From an uncultured Lachnospiraceae bacterium (GTDB lineage Bacteria > Bacillota > Clostridia > Lachnospirales > Lachnospiraceae), in contig CAUWCT010000043.1 of assembly GCA_963557065.1 (NCBI GenBank), positions 4,197-68,196 on the forward strand: DNA of 64,000 nt. Direction: 5' to 3'. This document shows positions 33,931-43,635 of this stretch, piece by piece; the stretch's first letter is position 1, and each line of letters begins with the position of its first letter. The translations under genes and the position numbers were made by a program. The notes below the pieces were generated by a model. It did no database searches and was not told where the DNA came from. It saw nothing but the letters and a program-made list of their open reading frames with translations.

Positions 33931-35213
33931 TGTTTTCTGCAGATGGCTTTCTGTCCGCCCATGTAAGGCTGCAGCGCCTCCGGGATACGGACACTGCCGT
34001 CTGCCTGAAGATTATTCTCCAAAAATGCAATCAGCATACGTGGCGGAGCCACAACCGTATTGTTTAAGGTGTGTGCAAAATACTTGCCGTCTTTGCTGTT
34101 TACCCGGATCTTTAAGCGACGGGCCTGAGCATCTCCTAAATTAGAACAGCTTCCCACCTCAAAATACTTCTTCTGTCTTGGGGACCAGGCTTCCACGTCA
34201 ACGGATTTTACCTTTAAGTCTGCCAGATCGCCGGAGCAGCACTCTAAGGTGCGGACCGGAATATCCATGGAGCGGAATAAATCAACGGTATTCTGCCATA
34301 ATTTGTCAAACCACACAGGGCTTTCTTCCGGACGGCATACTACAATCATCTCCTGCTTTTCAAACTGGTGAATGCGGTATACGCCTCTTTCCTCCAGGCC
34401 ATGCGCGCCTTTTTCCTTGCGAAAGCATGGAGAATAGCTGGTCAGGGTCTTGGGAAGCTCCTCTTCCGGGATAATCTGATCGATAAACTTTCCAATCATG
34501 GAGTGCTCGCTGGTACCGATCAAATACAGATCTTCTCCCTCAATCTTGTACATCATGGCGTCCATCTCAGCAAAACTCATAACGCCGGTGACCACGTTGC
34601 TGCGAATCATAAACGGAGGAACGCAGTAAGTAAATCCCCGGTTAATCATAAAGTCTCTTGCATAGGAAATCACTGCAGAGTGAAGTCTTGCAATGTCACC
34701 CATCAGATAATAGAACCCATTGCCCGCCACTCTTCTGGCAGCGTCTAAATCAATGCCGTCAAAGCTTTCCATAATATCCGTGTGGTAAGGAATCTCAAAA
34801 TCCGGAACTACCGGTTCCCCATACCGTTTTACTTCTACATTTTCGCTGTCGTCTTTTCCAATGGGCACGCTTGGGTCAATGATATTGGGAATGGTCATCA
34901 TAATCTTTTTGATGCGTTCCTCATACTCGGCCTCTTTTTCTTCTAACTGGGCAAGGCGCTTTGCATCTTCACTTACCTGACGTTTAACCTCTTCTGCCTC
35001 CTCTTTTTTGCCCTGTCCCATTAAAGCGCCAATCTGCTTGGACAATTTGTTGCGGTTGGCTCTCAAAGAATCTGCCTCTGCCTTGGTGGTACGGCTTTTG
35101 GCATCCAGTTCAATTACCTCGTCTACTAACGGAAGTTTGGAATCCTGAAATTTATTTTTAATGTTCTGTTTTACAATTTCCGGATTTTCTCTGACAAACT
35201 TTAAATCTAACAT
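33927..35213 (-). CDS. serS: Serine--tRNA ligase
   Basis: MLDLKFVRENPEIVKQNIKNKF..., an N-terminal coiled-coil arm, and class II motifs (FRKEKGAHG, GSCSNLGDAQARR). AGGAGG precedes the ATG at 35213. Confidence 0.93.
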   Translation of the reverse strand: MLDLKFVRENPEIVKQNIKNKFQDSKLPLVDEVIELDAKSRTTKAEADSLRANRNKLSKQIGALMGQGKKEEAEEVKRQVSEDAKRLAQLEEKEAEYEERIKKIMMTIPNIIDPSVPIGKDDSENVEVKRYGEPVVPDFEIPYHTDIMESFDGIDLDAARRVAGNGFYYLMGDIARLHSAVISYARDFMINRGFTYCVPPFMIRSNVVTGVMSFAEMDAMMYKIEGEDLYLIGTSEHSMIGKFIDQIIPEEELPKTLTSYSPCFRKEKGAHGLEERGVYRIHQFEKQEMIVVCRPEESPVWFDKLWQNTVDLFRSMDIPVRTLECCSGDLADLKVKSVDVEAWSPRQKKYFEVGSCSNLGDAQARRLKIRVNSKDGKYFAHTLNNTVVAPPRMLIAFLENNLQADGSVRIPEALQPYMGGQKAICRKH

Positions 35214-35259
35214 AATCTCCTCCTGATATGTCACTTTCTTCGGTGATAGTCTGGGTAGG

Positions 35260-35288
35260 ATTATACTACAGATCCTTAATAAATGCAA
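35260..35288 (-). promoter_or_regulatory. Sigma-A promoter candidate for serS (TTGCAT-17-TATAAT)
   Basis: -35 at 35283-35288 and -10 at 35260-35265 on the minus strand. The leader is only about 40 nt. Confidence 0.6.
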
Positions 35289-35300
35289 GGCGGCCCCTGG

Positions 35301-35376
35301 TTTTCAACGCTTTTCCCTGTGAAAACGAGTTTTCAACGCTTTTTCCTGTCTGAATCTTCGCATGGCCAACTGTTAT
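35301..35376 (-). repeat. Truncated MITE copy D (one TIR plus half of the long hairpin, with an internal 29-nt duplication)
   Basis: GAAAACGAGTTTTCAACGCTTTTTCCTGTCTGAATCTTCGCATGGCCAACTGTTAT matches the right end of copy C. TTTTCAACGCTTTT(T)CC(C)TGT occurs twice (35301 and 35330). Confidence 0.75.
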
Positions 35377-36215
35377 CTGGAAATCAGTTTTCCCAAAATC
35401 ATCTCCAGACACACCCCGTTTTCTCTGGGAATCTCTAATTTATCCGAGATTTTGATACATTCCCCTACAAAACGGGCTGCTTTTTTCACAGAATCGTTTA
35501 ACTCTTCCCCCAGGACCATGCCGCCGGCCAGAATGGAAGAAAACACATCTCCTGTGCCGGGCCGCTCTTTTCCTGCAATCCTGGTTCGGATAAACTGAAT
35601 CTTCTGATCCGGCTGGGCTACTGTGTTGGTCAGATAACTGCCTTCCAAAACCCCTGTGATGACCACCTGTTTTGGTCCCATTTCCTGAAGTTTTTTTGCC
35701 ATTTCTTCCAGTTCTCTCCGTTTCCAGCCAGACGCCTTATAGGGCGTGCCGGTCAGAATGCAGGCTTCTGTCACATTGGGGGTAATCATGTCTGCCAGAG
35801 AGATTAGATGCCCCATCTTCCCGCACATTTCCTCTGTGTAGGTGGCATAAGCCTTTCCCTCATCCCCCATAATCGGATCAATTAACACTTTGGTGTCCGG
35901 TCCTTTAAAGGCTTCTATCGCCTGTTCTACGATTTTGATTTGTTTTGCAGATCCTAAAAAACCGGCTGCAATTCCGTCAAAAGTAAGATCCAGTTCCTCC
36001 CACTTTTTCAGATAGTCTGGCATACTCTCTGTATAGTCATCCATATGCCAGGAAGGAAAGCCGGTATGATTGGAAAAAATCGACGTGGGAACCGGACAGC
36101 ACTGAATCTTCATAGCGGCCAAAACTGGAATGGCAACTGTAAGAGAACAGCGGCCATAACCGGACAAATCGTTGATCATCATAATTTTTTTCTGATGGTT
36201 CTGGATTGTATTCAT
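35373..36215 (-). CDS. pdxK: Pyridoxal/pyridoxamine kinase (PdxK/PdxY ribokinase-family)
   Basis: INDLSGYGRCSLTVAIPVLAAM and C-terminal GTGDVFSSILAG. ATG at 36215. The stop TAA lies within the last nucleotides of MITE relic D. Confidence 0.8.
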   Translation of the reverse strand: MNTIQNHQKKIMMINDLSGYGRCSLTVAIPVLAAMKIQCCPVPTSIFSNHTGFPSWHMDDYTESMPDYLKKWEELDLTFDGIAAGFLGSAKQIKIVEQAIEAFKGPDTKVLIDPIMGDEGKAYATYTEEMCGKMGHLISLADMITPNVTEACILTGTPYKASGWKRRELEEMAKKLQEMGPKQVVITGVLEGSYLTNTVAQPDQKIQFIRTRIAGKERPGTGDVFSSILAGGMVLGEELNDSVKKAARFVGECIKISDKLEIPRENGVCLEMILGKLISR

Positions 36216-36260
36216 CAATAAATCCTCTTTTGCTTCTTGTATTTGGCGAAAGCCGCCCAT

Positions 36261-36911
36261 TTAGTCATGGGATTCCACACAGATTAAAACGCCCTCCCGA
36301 AATTCGATTCTGGCTTCCTCCCCGGCCAGTTCATTGCTGATGCACAGACTGGTGCCGATTTCAATATCTTTTTCCCGGAGAGGATAACGAAATCCGGTAA
36401 GGGTAATCCCCTTTACCTCCTGGCTGAGAGGTAGAAAGGAGACGTACTTTCCCCACAGAGTTTCTTTAAAAAAATCTTTTCCCTCATCCAGCAGATACAC
36501 TTTATTCTGCGGGTCTAAAAGATAGGCAAAAATCCCCTTCTGAAGGCAGGGATATAAAAGATGAATATTCCCAATCATGTGATCCAGACGCCCTCCGGTA
36601 GCGCCCAGCACTGCAATCTCGCCGCAGCCCAAAGCCATTGCCCGGTTGAAAGCCAGTTCTGTGTCTGTCTCATCTTTTTCCGGCTGATGGACCTCCCATA
36701 CAATATGCTCTTGTTTACGAAATTCCAAAAGCACAGTCTGATCCACTGTGTCAAAATCTCCTACAATCACATCCGGCAAAAGGCCAAGAGCCTTTACCGC
36801 TTCCAGCCCTGCATCGACTGCAATGATTTTATTAAAGCTTCTTTTCTTTAAAAAATCGCCGGCAAACCTCAAATCAATGGGGCCACCGGTAATTATCAGA
36901 CAAGTTTTCAT
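36261..36911 (-). CDS. thiN: Thiamine diphosphokinase
   Basis: LIITGGP..., IAVDAG and VGDFDTV motifs, followed by a C-terminal thiamine-binding beta domain. Confidence 0.85.
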   Translation of the reverse strand: MKTCLIITGGPIDLRFAGDFLKKRSFNKIIAVDAGLEAVKALGLLPDVIVGDFDTVDQTVLLEFRKQEHIVWEVHQPEKDETDTELAFNRAMALGCGEIAVLGATGGRLDHMIGNIHLLYPCLQKGIFAYLLDPQNKVYLLDEGKDFFKETLWGKYVSFLPLSQEVKGITLTGFRYPLREKDIEIGTSLCISNELAGEEARIEFREGVLICVESHD

Positions 36912-37582
36912 ACTCTCTCAGATGGATACTCCTTAAAAATTTCTAAAAATCCGGCTACATTGGCAGCCGCATCCTGTCTAAATACTGCGGAACCGGCCAC
37001 CAGAATATTGGCTCCGGCATCTAAAAGCGTTCTGGCATTATTAAGAGTCACTCCGCCGTCTACCTGAATATCTGTCTCTAATCCCTGCTCCCTTATCATA
37101 GCCCGCAGTTTTTTTACCTTTTCCACTGCATAGGGGATAAATTTCTGTCCCCCAAAGCCGGGATTTACAGACATAACAAGGACCATATCCGCTGCCGGCA
37201 GAACATACTCCACTGCATTTATGGGGGTCGCCGGATTTAAAGCCACTCCCGCTTTTAGGCCGGCCTCTTTAATCTGATTGAGGGTCCGGTCCAGATGGCG
37301 GCAGGCTTCTGCATGAACACAAATCAAATCCGCCCCGGCCTGTTTCATATCCCCAATATACCTTCCCGGCTCTTCTACCATCATGTGGACGTCAAAGATC
37401 TTATTCGTAACTGCCCGCAATGCCTGAATCACCGGCATTCCAAAGGAAATGCTGGGGACAAACGTCCCATCCATCACATCTAAATGAATATACTCTGCCC
37501 CTGCATCTGCCACTGTTTTGACTTCCTGTCCCAACTTTGTAAAATCCGCCCCCAGTACAGATGGCGCCAATATATACTCCAT
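36908..37582 (-). CDS. rpe: Ribulose-phosphate 3-epimerase
   Basis: APSVLGADF, HLDVMDGTFVP, MSVNPGFGGQKF and VDGG. Confidence 0.95.
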   Translation of the reverse strand: MEYILAPSVLGADFTKLGQEVKTVADAGAEYIHLDVMDGTFVPSISFGMPVIQALRAVTNKIFDVHMMVEEPGRYIGDMKQAGADLICVHAEACRHLDRTLNQIKEAGLKAGVALNPATPINAVEYVLPAADMVLVMSVNPGFGGQKFIPYAVEKVKKLRAMIREQGLETDIQVDGGVTLNNARTLLDAGANILVAGSAVFRQDAAANVAGFLEIFKEYPSERV

Positions 37583-38463
37583 TAGTATTTCCTCCTGTCT
37601 TTTTCCTTTAGTTCCTCATAAATCAGAAGATAGTTGCTGTAACGGCTTTTGCTCAGAGCGCCTTCTTCCACCCCGCGTTTTACTCCGCATACCGTTTCTC
37701 CCACATGAACACAGCCCAGAAACTTACATTCGTCCTCATATGGGGCAAACTCGCCAAAATAATTTTTTAATTCCTGGGGAGGTATGTCCAGATACAGGGA
37801 ACTGAATCCGGGCGTATCCATTAAATAGGTTTCCTCTTCCACACAAAACAGCTGGGAATGACGGGTGGTGTGTTTTCCCCGCTGAATCTTTTTGCTGATT
37901 CCTCCGGTCTCCATGGCAGCCTCCGGCAACAGAAAATTGGTCAGGGAAGATTTGCCCACGCCGGAAGGCCCGGCAAGAACCGTAGTTTTTCCTTTTAAGA
38001 GTTCTTTCAGCCCGGCCATACCGGTTTGATCGTAAGTGCTGATAAAGACTACCTGATAACCGGCTTTTTCATAAATAGACCGGTAAGATTCCATCAATTC
38101 CCCATCACACAGATCAATCTTATTAAAGCAGATGAAAACCGGCACATTCTGTACCCCCATCATAACCAAAAACCGATCCAGAAGATTTAAGTTTGGCTCC
38201 GGATGAGTGATGGCAAATACCACCAGAGCCTGGTCCACGTTGGCGGATGCAGGCCGGATTAACTCATTTTTTCTGGGAAGAATCTCATCAATGTTTCCCT
38301 CTGACTGCTCTTCATTTAAAATTGTAAATTCTACGTCATCCCCCACCAGAGGTTTGATTTTCCGGCTGCGGAATACCCCTTTTGCCCGACATTCGTAGAC
38401 CCGGCCTGCTCTGTCATGGACATAATAAAAACCGGCAATTCCTTTTATAATCTTTCCTGTCAT
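37582..38463 (-). CDS. rsgA: Ribosome small-subunit-dependent GTPase A
   Basis: N-terminal OB fold, circularly permuted GTPase motifs (NKIDL, GPSGVGKSSL), and a C-terminal zinc cluster C..C.H....C. Confidence 0.92.
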   Translation of the reverse strand: MTGKIIKGIAGFYYVHDRAGRVYECRAKGVFRSRKIKPLVGDDVEFTILNEEQSEGNIDEILPRKNELIRPASANVDQALVVFAITHPEPNLNLLDRFLVMMGVQNVPVFICFNKIDLCDGELMESYRSIYEKAGYQVVFISTYDQTGMAGLKELLKGKTTVLAGPSGVGKSSLTNFLLPEAAMETGGISKKIQRGKHTTRHSQLFCVEEETYLMDTPGFSSLYLDIPPQELKNYFGEFAPYEDECKFLGCVHVGETVCGVKRGVEEGALSKSRYSNYLLIYEELKEKDRRKY

Positions 38464-38466
38464 AAC

Positions 38467-40467
38467 CTATTCTTCCAGTTCAAAGAAGACGTCATAGGAT
38501 TCCAGCACCTTTCCGGTCTGGGTATTGACCACCTCAACTTCTCCTTCTTCTACTCCGTACTCTCCAATAATCTCCGGGAACACAATGGAAATCGTACTGC
38601 TTCCGTTGACTTTATGCTCTGGAATCAGCGTTTTATATACTGTTTTTCCCTTTACAATCTGTTTTAACTGAATCTCAATGGAAACCTGGGTGCTGTCGCT
38701 TCCGGGCCCGATAATAGGATTTAAATCAAACTCTTCATTAATAGAACCCACATAGACATTTCTGCTGGCTCTGGTTTCCGCCTGGTGAACTGGCACTTCT
38801 TCCGGCCCGTAACTCACCACATACCCAATGGCAGTTCCCTCTGCTACTTCGGTTCCCGCCGGAATGCTCTGGCGGATAATACTCCACTCTTCAATCATGT
38901 CATTGTGCTCAATCTCTACATCTCCCGGCTTTAACTTAGCTGCTTCCAGAAGTTTTAACGCCTGATCTTCCGGGAGTCCTTCCAGAGCGGGAACCAGAAC
39001 TTTCTTTGCCAGAGGCCCTAAGCTGATATAAAGAGTAATCGGCTCTCCGCCTTTATAGATAACGTCTGCCGGCTCTGTACGGATTACCCGTCCCGCTTCC
39101 ACAGTCTCGCTGTTTTCAGAGGTCACAACCACAGAAATGTCTCCGGCATTCAGAACTGCTTTTGCCTCCGCTTCTGTTTTTCCAATGAGATTTAAGGATG
39201 CAACTTCTGTCTTTCCGCTGCCTTTGCTGACAGTAATACTCACTGCTGTTCCCTTTTCTACGATTGTACCTGCATCATCCTGAGCAATCACATAGCCTTT
39301 CCTTCCGGTTTCCGAATAGGCATAGTGAATATCCGGAACCAATGACAGTTCTGCCAGACGGGCCTTGGCTCCTTCTTCTGTAATCCCTAAAAGCTCCGGG
39401 ATATTGGTCTGGGAATCTGAAAGCACAATGGTGCTTTCTGCCCGGCTCTCGCCGCTTTCCCCTGTAGGCAGGGCGATGCCCGGACCAATCTTAAGAAGCC
39501 CTGAAATCTGAGCGATGAGAAAAATCAGAGCTGCAACAATAAAAATTGCTCCTGCGATTCCTCCCACAGAAAACAACCTCTCCAGGCTGCGGTTTACCTC
39601 TTTTTCCGTATGGATCTGCGCCTGCTTTCCCTTTTTTTCTTCGTCTTTTGGATTTAAGAGTGCGTGACGCAAATCGTGAATCACCTCAGACGCAGAATCG
39701 TAGCGTTCGCATGGATTTTTTCTGGTACATTTTAAAATAATCGTTTCCAGTCCAGGCGCTACGTTACTGTTTATATGAGACGGTGGCGTAAGGTCCTGTT
39801 CCATATGGGCAATGGCAACTGATTCTGCATCGTTTCCGTCAAATGGAAGGATTCCTGTGACCATTTCATATAAAGTAATACCAAAAGAGTAGATGTCGCT
39901 TCTGGCATCGCTGATGTTGCCGCTGGCCTGTTCCGGCGGAATATAGTGAACCGATCCAATGGCATCGGAATTTTTCGTCTGCATACTGATAGCCTTGGCG
40001 ATGCCAAAATCAGCTACTTTCACTTTTCCATCCATAGAGATAATAATATTCTGAGGTTTAATATCCCGATGGATAATATGGCGTTCATGGGCCGCCATCA
40101 TACCCTGCGCAATCTGAATGGCAATCCCGATCGCCTCTTTATTGTCCAGCCTTCCTTTTTTTGCAATGTAATTTTTCAGGGTAATCCCCTCGATAAGTTC
40201 CATCACAATATAATGAATATCGCCCTCATCCACAACGTCATAGACATTGACAATATTGGGATGGGACAGTCCGGCAGCAGCCTGAGCCTCCATCTTAAAA
40301 TTGCTGACAAAGCCCGCGTCTGTGCAGAACTCCTTTTTTAACACCTTGATGGCCACCAGACGGTTTAATTTGTGGCATTTTGCCTTGTATACATCAGACA
40401 TACCGCCGGAACCGATTTTTTCCAAAATCTCATATCGGTCCTGCAAAAAATCTCCGTTTTTCAGCAT
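38467..40467 (-). CDS. prkC: Ser/Thr protein kinase with extracellular PASTA repeats (PrkC/Stk1)
   Basis: GSGGMSDVYKA, HRDIKPQN and DFGIA, one TM segment, then repeated PASTA-like modules. Confidence 0.92.
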   Translation of the reverse strand: MLKNGDFLQDRYEILEKIGSGGMSDVYKAKCHKLNRLVAIKVLKKEFCTDAGFVSNFKMEAQAAAGLSHPNIVNVYDVVDEGDIHYIVMELIEGITLKNYIAKKGRLDNKEAIGIAIQIAQGMMAAHERHIIHRDIKPQNIIISMDGKVKVADFGIAKAISMQTKNSDAIGSVHYIPPEQASGNISDARSDIYSFGITLYEMVTGILPFDGNDAESVAIAHMEQDLTPPSHINSNVAPGLETIILKCTRKNPCERYDSASEVIHDLRHALLNPKDEEKKGKQAQIHTEKEVNRSLERLFSVGGIAGAIFIVAALIFLIAQISGLLKIGPGIALPTGESGESRAESTIVLSDSQTNIPELLGITEEGAKARLAELSLVPDIHYAYSETGRKGYVIAQDDAGTIVEKGTAVSITVSKGSGKTEVASLNLIGKTEAEAKAVLNAGDISVVVTSENSETVEAGRVIRTEPADVIYKGGEPITLYISLGPLAKKVLVPALEGLPEDQALKLLEAAKLKPGDVEIEHNDMIEEWSIIRQSIPAGTEVAEGTAIGYVVSYGPEEVPVHQAETRASRNVYVGSINEEFDLNPIIGPGSDSTQVSIEIQLKQIVKGKTVYKTLIPEHKVNGSSTISIVFPEIIGEYGVEEGEVEVVNTQTGKVLESYDVFFELEE

Positions 40468-41207
40468 GGACTCACCTCGCTTTCCGCCGGTTCTGCCAAA
40501 ATAACGGAAATATTATCTTTTCCTCCATTTTCATTGGCCCGACGCAAAAGGTTCCATGCTTTTTCTGAAAGAGACCCTTCTTTCGATACAATGGAATAAA
40601 TCTCTTTATCGCTGACCATATTGCTAAGGCCGTCTGAACACAAAAGTATCCTATCCCCTTTATGGAGCGACACCTCAAAAAAATCCGGCTCTACCTCCGG
40701 CTCTGTGCCGATTGCCCTGGTAATATAATTCTTTTTTCTCTGATAGTCCTTACTTCCCCGGTTTAAAAGCCCCAGTGACACCATCTCTTCTACATAGGAG
40801 TGATCTTTGGTTACCTGAATCAGACCGCCGCGGATCAGGTACAGCCGGCTGTCTCCTATATTGGCCACATACAAAGTTCCATCCGAAACCGTAGCCGCCA
40901 CCATAGTAGTACCCATCCCCTCAAAAGACGGATCTTTTAATGATTCCTCATAAAGTCGTTTGTTTACCTCTGAAATCCCTTTGTTTAAGACCAGAATTTC
41001 CGCTTCTCCATCCGGCTGGCGGTTTATGTATGCCACCAGTTTTTCCACCAGAAAACGGGAAGCAAAGTCTCCTGCATTGGCGCCTCCCATACCGTCTGCA
41101 AGCAGTAAAAGATTGGGCAGCGGACCGGTTTTCTGCTGGGAAGCGTAAATATAGTCCTGATTTGTGGACCGGACCCTTCCGGTATCCGTATATGCACTGA
41201 TCTGCAT
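40461..41207 (-). CDS. stp: PP2C-family Ser/Thr phosphatase (Stp/PrpC)
   Basis: TDTGRVRSTNQD, LADGMGG and CSDGLSN. It overlaps prkC by 7 nt. Confidence 0.92.
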   Translation of the reverse strand: MQISAYTDTGRVRSTNQDYIYASQQKTGPLPNLLLLADGMGGANAGDFASRFLVEKLVAYINRQPDGEAEILVLNKGISEVNKRLYEESLKDPSFEGMGTTMVAATVSDGTLYVANIGDSRLYLIRGGLIQVTKDHSYVEEMVSLGLLNRGSKDYQRKKNYITRAIGTEPEVEPDFFEVSLHKGDRILLCSDGLSNMVSDKEIYSIVSKEGSLSEKAWNLLRRANENGGKDNISVILAEPAESEVSPC

Positions 41208-41228
41208 TCTGCCATCCTCCTTTCTGTT

Positions 41229-42281
41229 TTAAGACTGAAAATCCTGTTTGTTATCAATAAAGCTTTTGCGCAGCTGACCACAGGCGCCGTTAATATCCCG
41301 TCCCATTTCTCTGCGGACTGTGACGGCAATTCCCTGGCGTTCCAGATAATTTTTAAATGCTTCTATGGCTTTTTTGTCAGATTGAACAAAATCCCGCTCC
41401 TTTATGGGATTGACCGGAATCAGATTGACATGTCCATGATAGTCTTTAATGAGAGCCGCCAGCGCTTTTGCCTCTTCTAAATTGTCATTGACCCCGCTTA
41501 CCAGGCTGTACTCAAATGTCAGCCTTCTGCCGGTCTTTTCAAAATAGGCTTTACAGGCAGCTAAAACTTCCTCCAGATGATATTTCTTTGCAACAGGCAT
41601 CAAATTCTTTCTCACTTCGTCATTAGGGGCGTGAAGGGACAATGCCAGGGTGATGGCCAGATTTTCTTCTGCCAGTTCGTAGATTTTGGGGACAATGCCA
41701 CAGGTGGAAACCGTTATGTTTCTCTGGCTGATATGAAGCCCGTTTTCATCCGTCAAAAGCCGGATAAACCGTACAAGATTGTCGTAATTGTCAAGTGGTT
41801 CCCCGGAACCCATAACTACTACATTAGAAACACGTTCCCCGGTATCTTTTTGTATCTGATAGATCTGGTCAAGCATCTCTGAAGGGAGGAGATTTCTCTC
41901 CAGTCCGTCTAATGTGGATGCACAGAACCGGCATCCCATGCGGCACCCAACCTGGGAAGAAATACATACGGAATTGCCATGTTTATATTTCATCCAGACA
42001 CTTTCAATCACATTTCCGTCTTCCAGTGCAAACAGATATTTTCGGGTTCCATCTATCCTGGAAATCCTCACATCCGCCTTCTGCAGAGAGATAAGGCGGT
42101 ATCCTGCATGGAGCCGTTCCCTTAGGGATTGGGGAAGATTGGACATCTCCTCAAAGCTGTCCGCCAGCTTTTCATGAATCCACTGATAAATCTGTCTGCT
42201 GCGGAATGCTTTTTCTCCTTCTTTCTCCATGAGCAGAGAAAGTTCTTCTAATGTCAGGGATTTGATATCACATTTTTCCAT
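41229..42281 (-). CDS. rlmN: 23S rRNA (adenine2503-C2)-methyltransferase RlmN
   Basis: Radical-SAM CRMGCRFC and the downstream GMGEP-like MGSGEP. The start is uncertain: ATG at 42281 (MEKCDIKSLTLEEL) or at 42332. Confidence 0.88.
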   Translation of the reverse strand: MEKCDIKSLTLEELSLLMEKEGEKAFRSRQIYQWIHEKLADSFEEMSNLPQSLRERLHAGYRLISLQKADVRISRIDGTRKYLFALEDGNVIESVWMKYKHGNSVCISSQVGCRMGCRFCASTLDGLERNLLPSEMLDQIYQIQKDTGERVSNVVVMGSGEPLDNYDNLVRFIRLLTDENGLHISQRNITVSTCGIVPKIYELAEENLAITLALSLHAPNDEVRKNLMPVAKKYHLEEVLAACKAYFEKTGRRLTFEYSLVSGVNDNLEEAKALAALIKDYHGHVNLIPVNPIKERDFVQSDKKAIEAFKNYLERQGIAVTVRREMGRDINGACGQLRKSFIDNKQDFQS

Positions 42282-42294
42282 CAATTCGTCTTTT

Positions 42295-43635
42295 TCAATC
42301 CTTTCTTCGGAATACGGACAGGAAAAATCCATCGCTATGGTGACGGTTGGGAAGAAGCTGCAAATATCCTTCTTTTAAGGACTCTTCTGAACATACTCCC
42401 TCCATAGTCTCTGAGATATCCGCCGGTTCAAAAGGAAAATTCTCCAAAAACCAGTCCCGGTTATCTTCATTTTCCAGTTTGTCAATGGTACAAGTGCTGT
42501 AAACAAGGGTTCCTCCGGGTTTTACGTACTCCCAGACCACAGACAGAATCTCCCTCTGCAGCCTGGCTAAGTCTTCGCAGGTCTCTTTCGTCATCCGGTA
42601 TTTGATATCCGGTTTGCGCCCGATAATCCCCAGACCGGAGCAGGGAAGATCCGCAAGGACAATATCCGCCTTCTCTTTTACAGACGGATCGGGATTTAAC
42701 GCATCCCAGACCCTGGCCCGGATATTTGAAAATCCCAGGCGGTTGATATTTTCTTCAATGAGGGATACTTTCTGGAAGGTTAAATCCCTGGCTTCTACCA
42801 TGCCGGTCCCCTTTAACAGGTCTGCCATGTGAAGGCTTTTTCCTCCGGGCGCTGCGCAGACATCCAGCACAAAATCCCCTGCCCTGGGGGCTGCTGCCCG
42901 TCCCACTAAAGAGGAACTCACATCCTGTACCTGAATCAATCCTTCTGCAAAAGCATCTAAGGCCTCCAGATAATCATAGCCGCTTATATAAAGCACATCC
43001 TCAAAGCCAGAAATCCTGGTTGTTTTGACGTTCTGGCTGGTTAAACTTCCGATAATCTCATCCGCGCTGCACCTGTCCAGATTGCAGCGGACGCAGGTAG
43101 GCCGTTCCTGTAAAAAAGCTTCTGCTGCCGCAAGGGCGTTTTCCTCTCCCAAATCCTGTTTCCACATGGAAAGAATCCAGGAAGGAATGGACAGTCTGGT
43201 TTCTTCGTCGGGAAATATTAAGTCTTCCCGGCTTCTTGCAATGGATCGCAGCACTCCGTTTACAAAACCTTTTAATCCCGAAAAGCGCCGTTTTACTGCC
43301 AGTTTTACCGCCTCATTGCAGGCAGCTGAATCCGGTATCCGATCCATATAAAGGAGCTGATATGCGCCTATCCGGAGAATATTGCGGATAACCGGCTTCA
43401 TCTTTTCTGTTTTCGTCCTGGAAACCTGGTTAATGGCATAATCAATAGAAATAAGCCGCTCAATGACTCCTTCCGTCAGACGGGTAGCAAGCGCCCTCTC
43501 TTTTTTAGGGAGATACTGGTATTTGGAAAGGGCCTGCCGTTCTACAATATGACAGAACCCTCCTTTTTCCAAAATCTCCAGCAGCATATCAAGAGCCAGT
43601 TCCCTGGCGGTCATACCAGTCTTATCACTCATCAT
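42295..43635 (-). CDS. rsmB: 16S rRNA (cytosine967-C5)-methyltransferase RsmB
   Basis: N-terminal NusB-like domain, the SAM site DVCAAPGGKS, and catalytic DLPCSG and YSTCT. The start ATGATG overlaps the upstream stop. Confidence 0.9.
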   Translation of the reverse strand: MMSDKTGMTARELALDMLLEILEKGGFCHIVERQALSKYQYLPKKERALATRLTEGVIERLISIDYAINQVSRTKTEKMKPVIRNILRIGAYQLLYMDRIPDSAACNEAVKLAVKRRFSGLKGFVNGVLRSIARSREDLIFPDEETRLSIPSWILSMWKQDLGEENALAAAEAFLQERPTCVRCNLDRCSADEIIGSLTSQNVKTTRISGFEDVLYISGYDYLEALDAFAEGLIQVQDVSSSLVGRAAAPRAGDFVLDVCAAPGGKSLHMADLLKGTGMVEARDLTFQKVSLIEENINRLGFSNIRARVWDALNPDPSVKEKADIVLADLPCSGLGIIGRKPDIKYRMTKETCEDLARLQREILSVVWEYVKPGGTLVYSTCTIDKLENEDNRDWFLENFPFEPADISETMEGVCSEESLKEGYLQLLPNRHHSDGFFLSVFRRKD

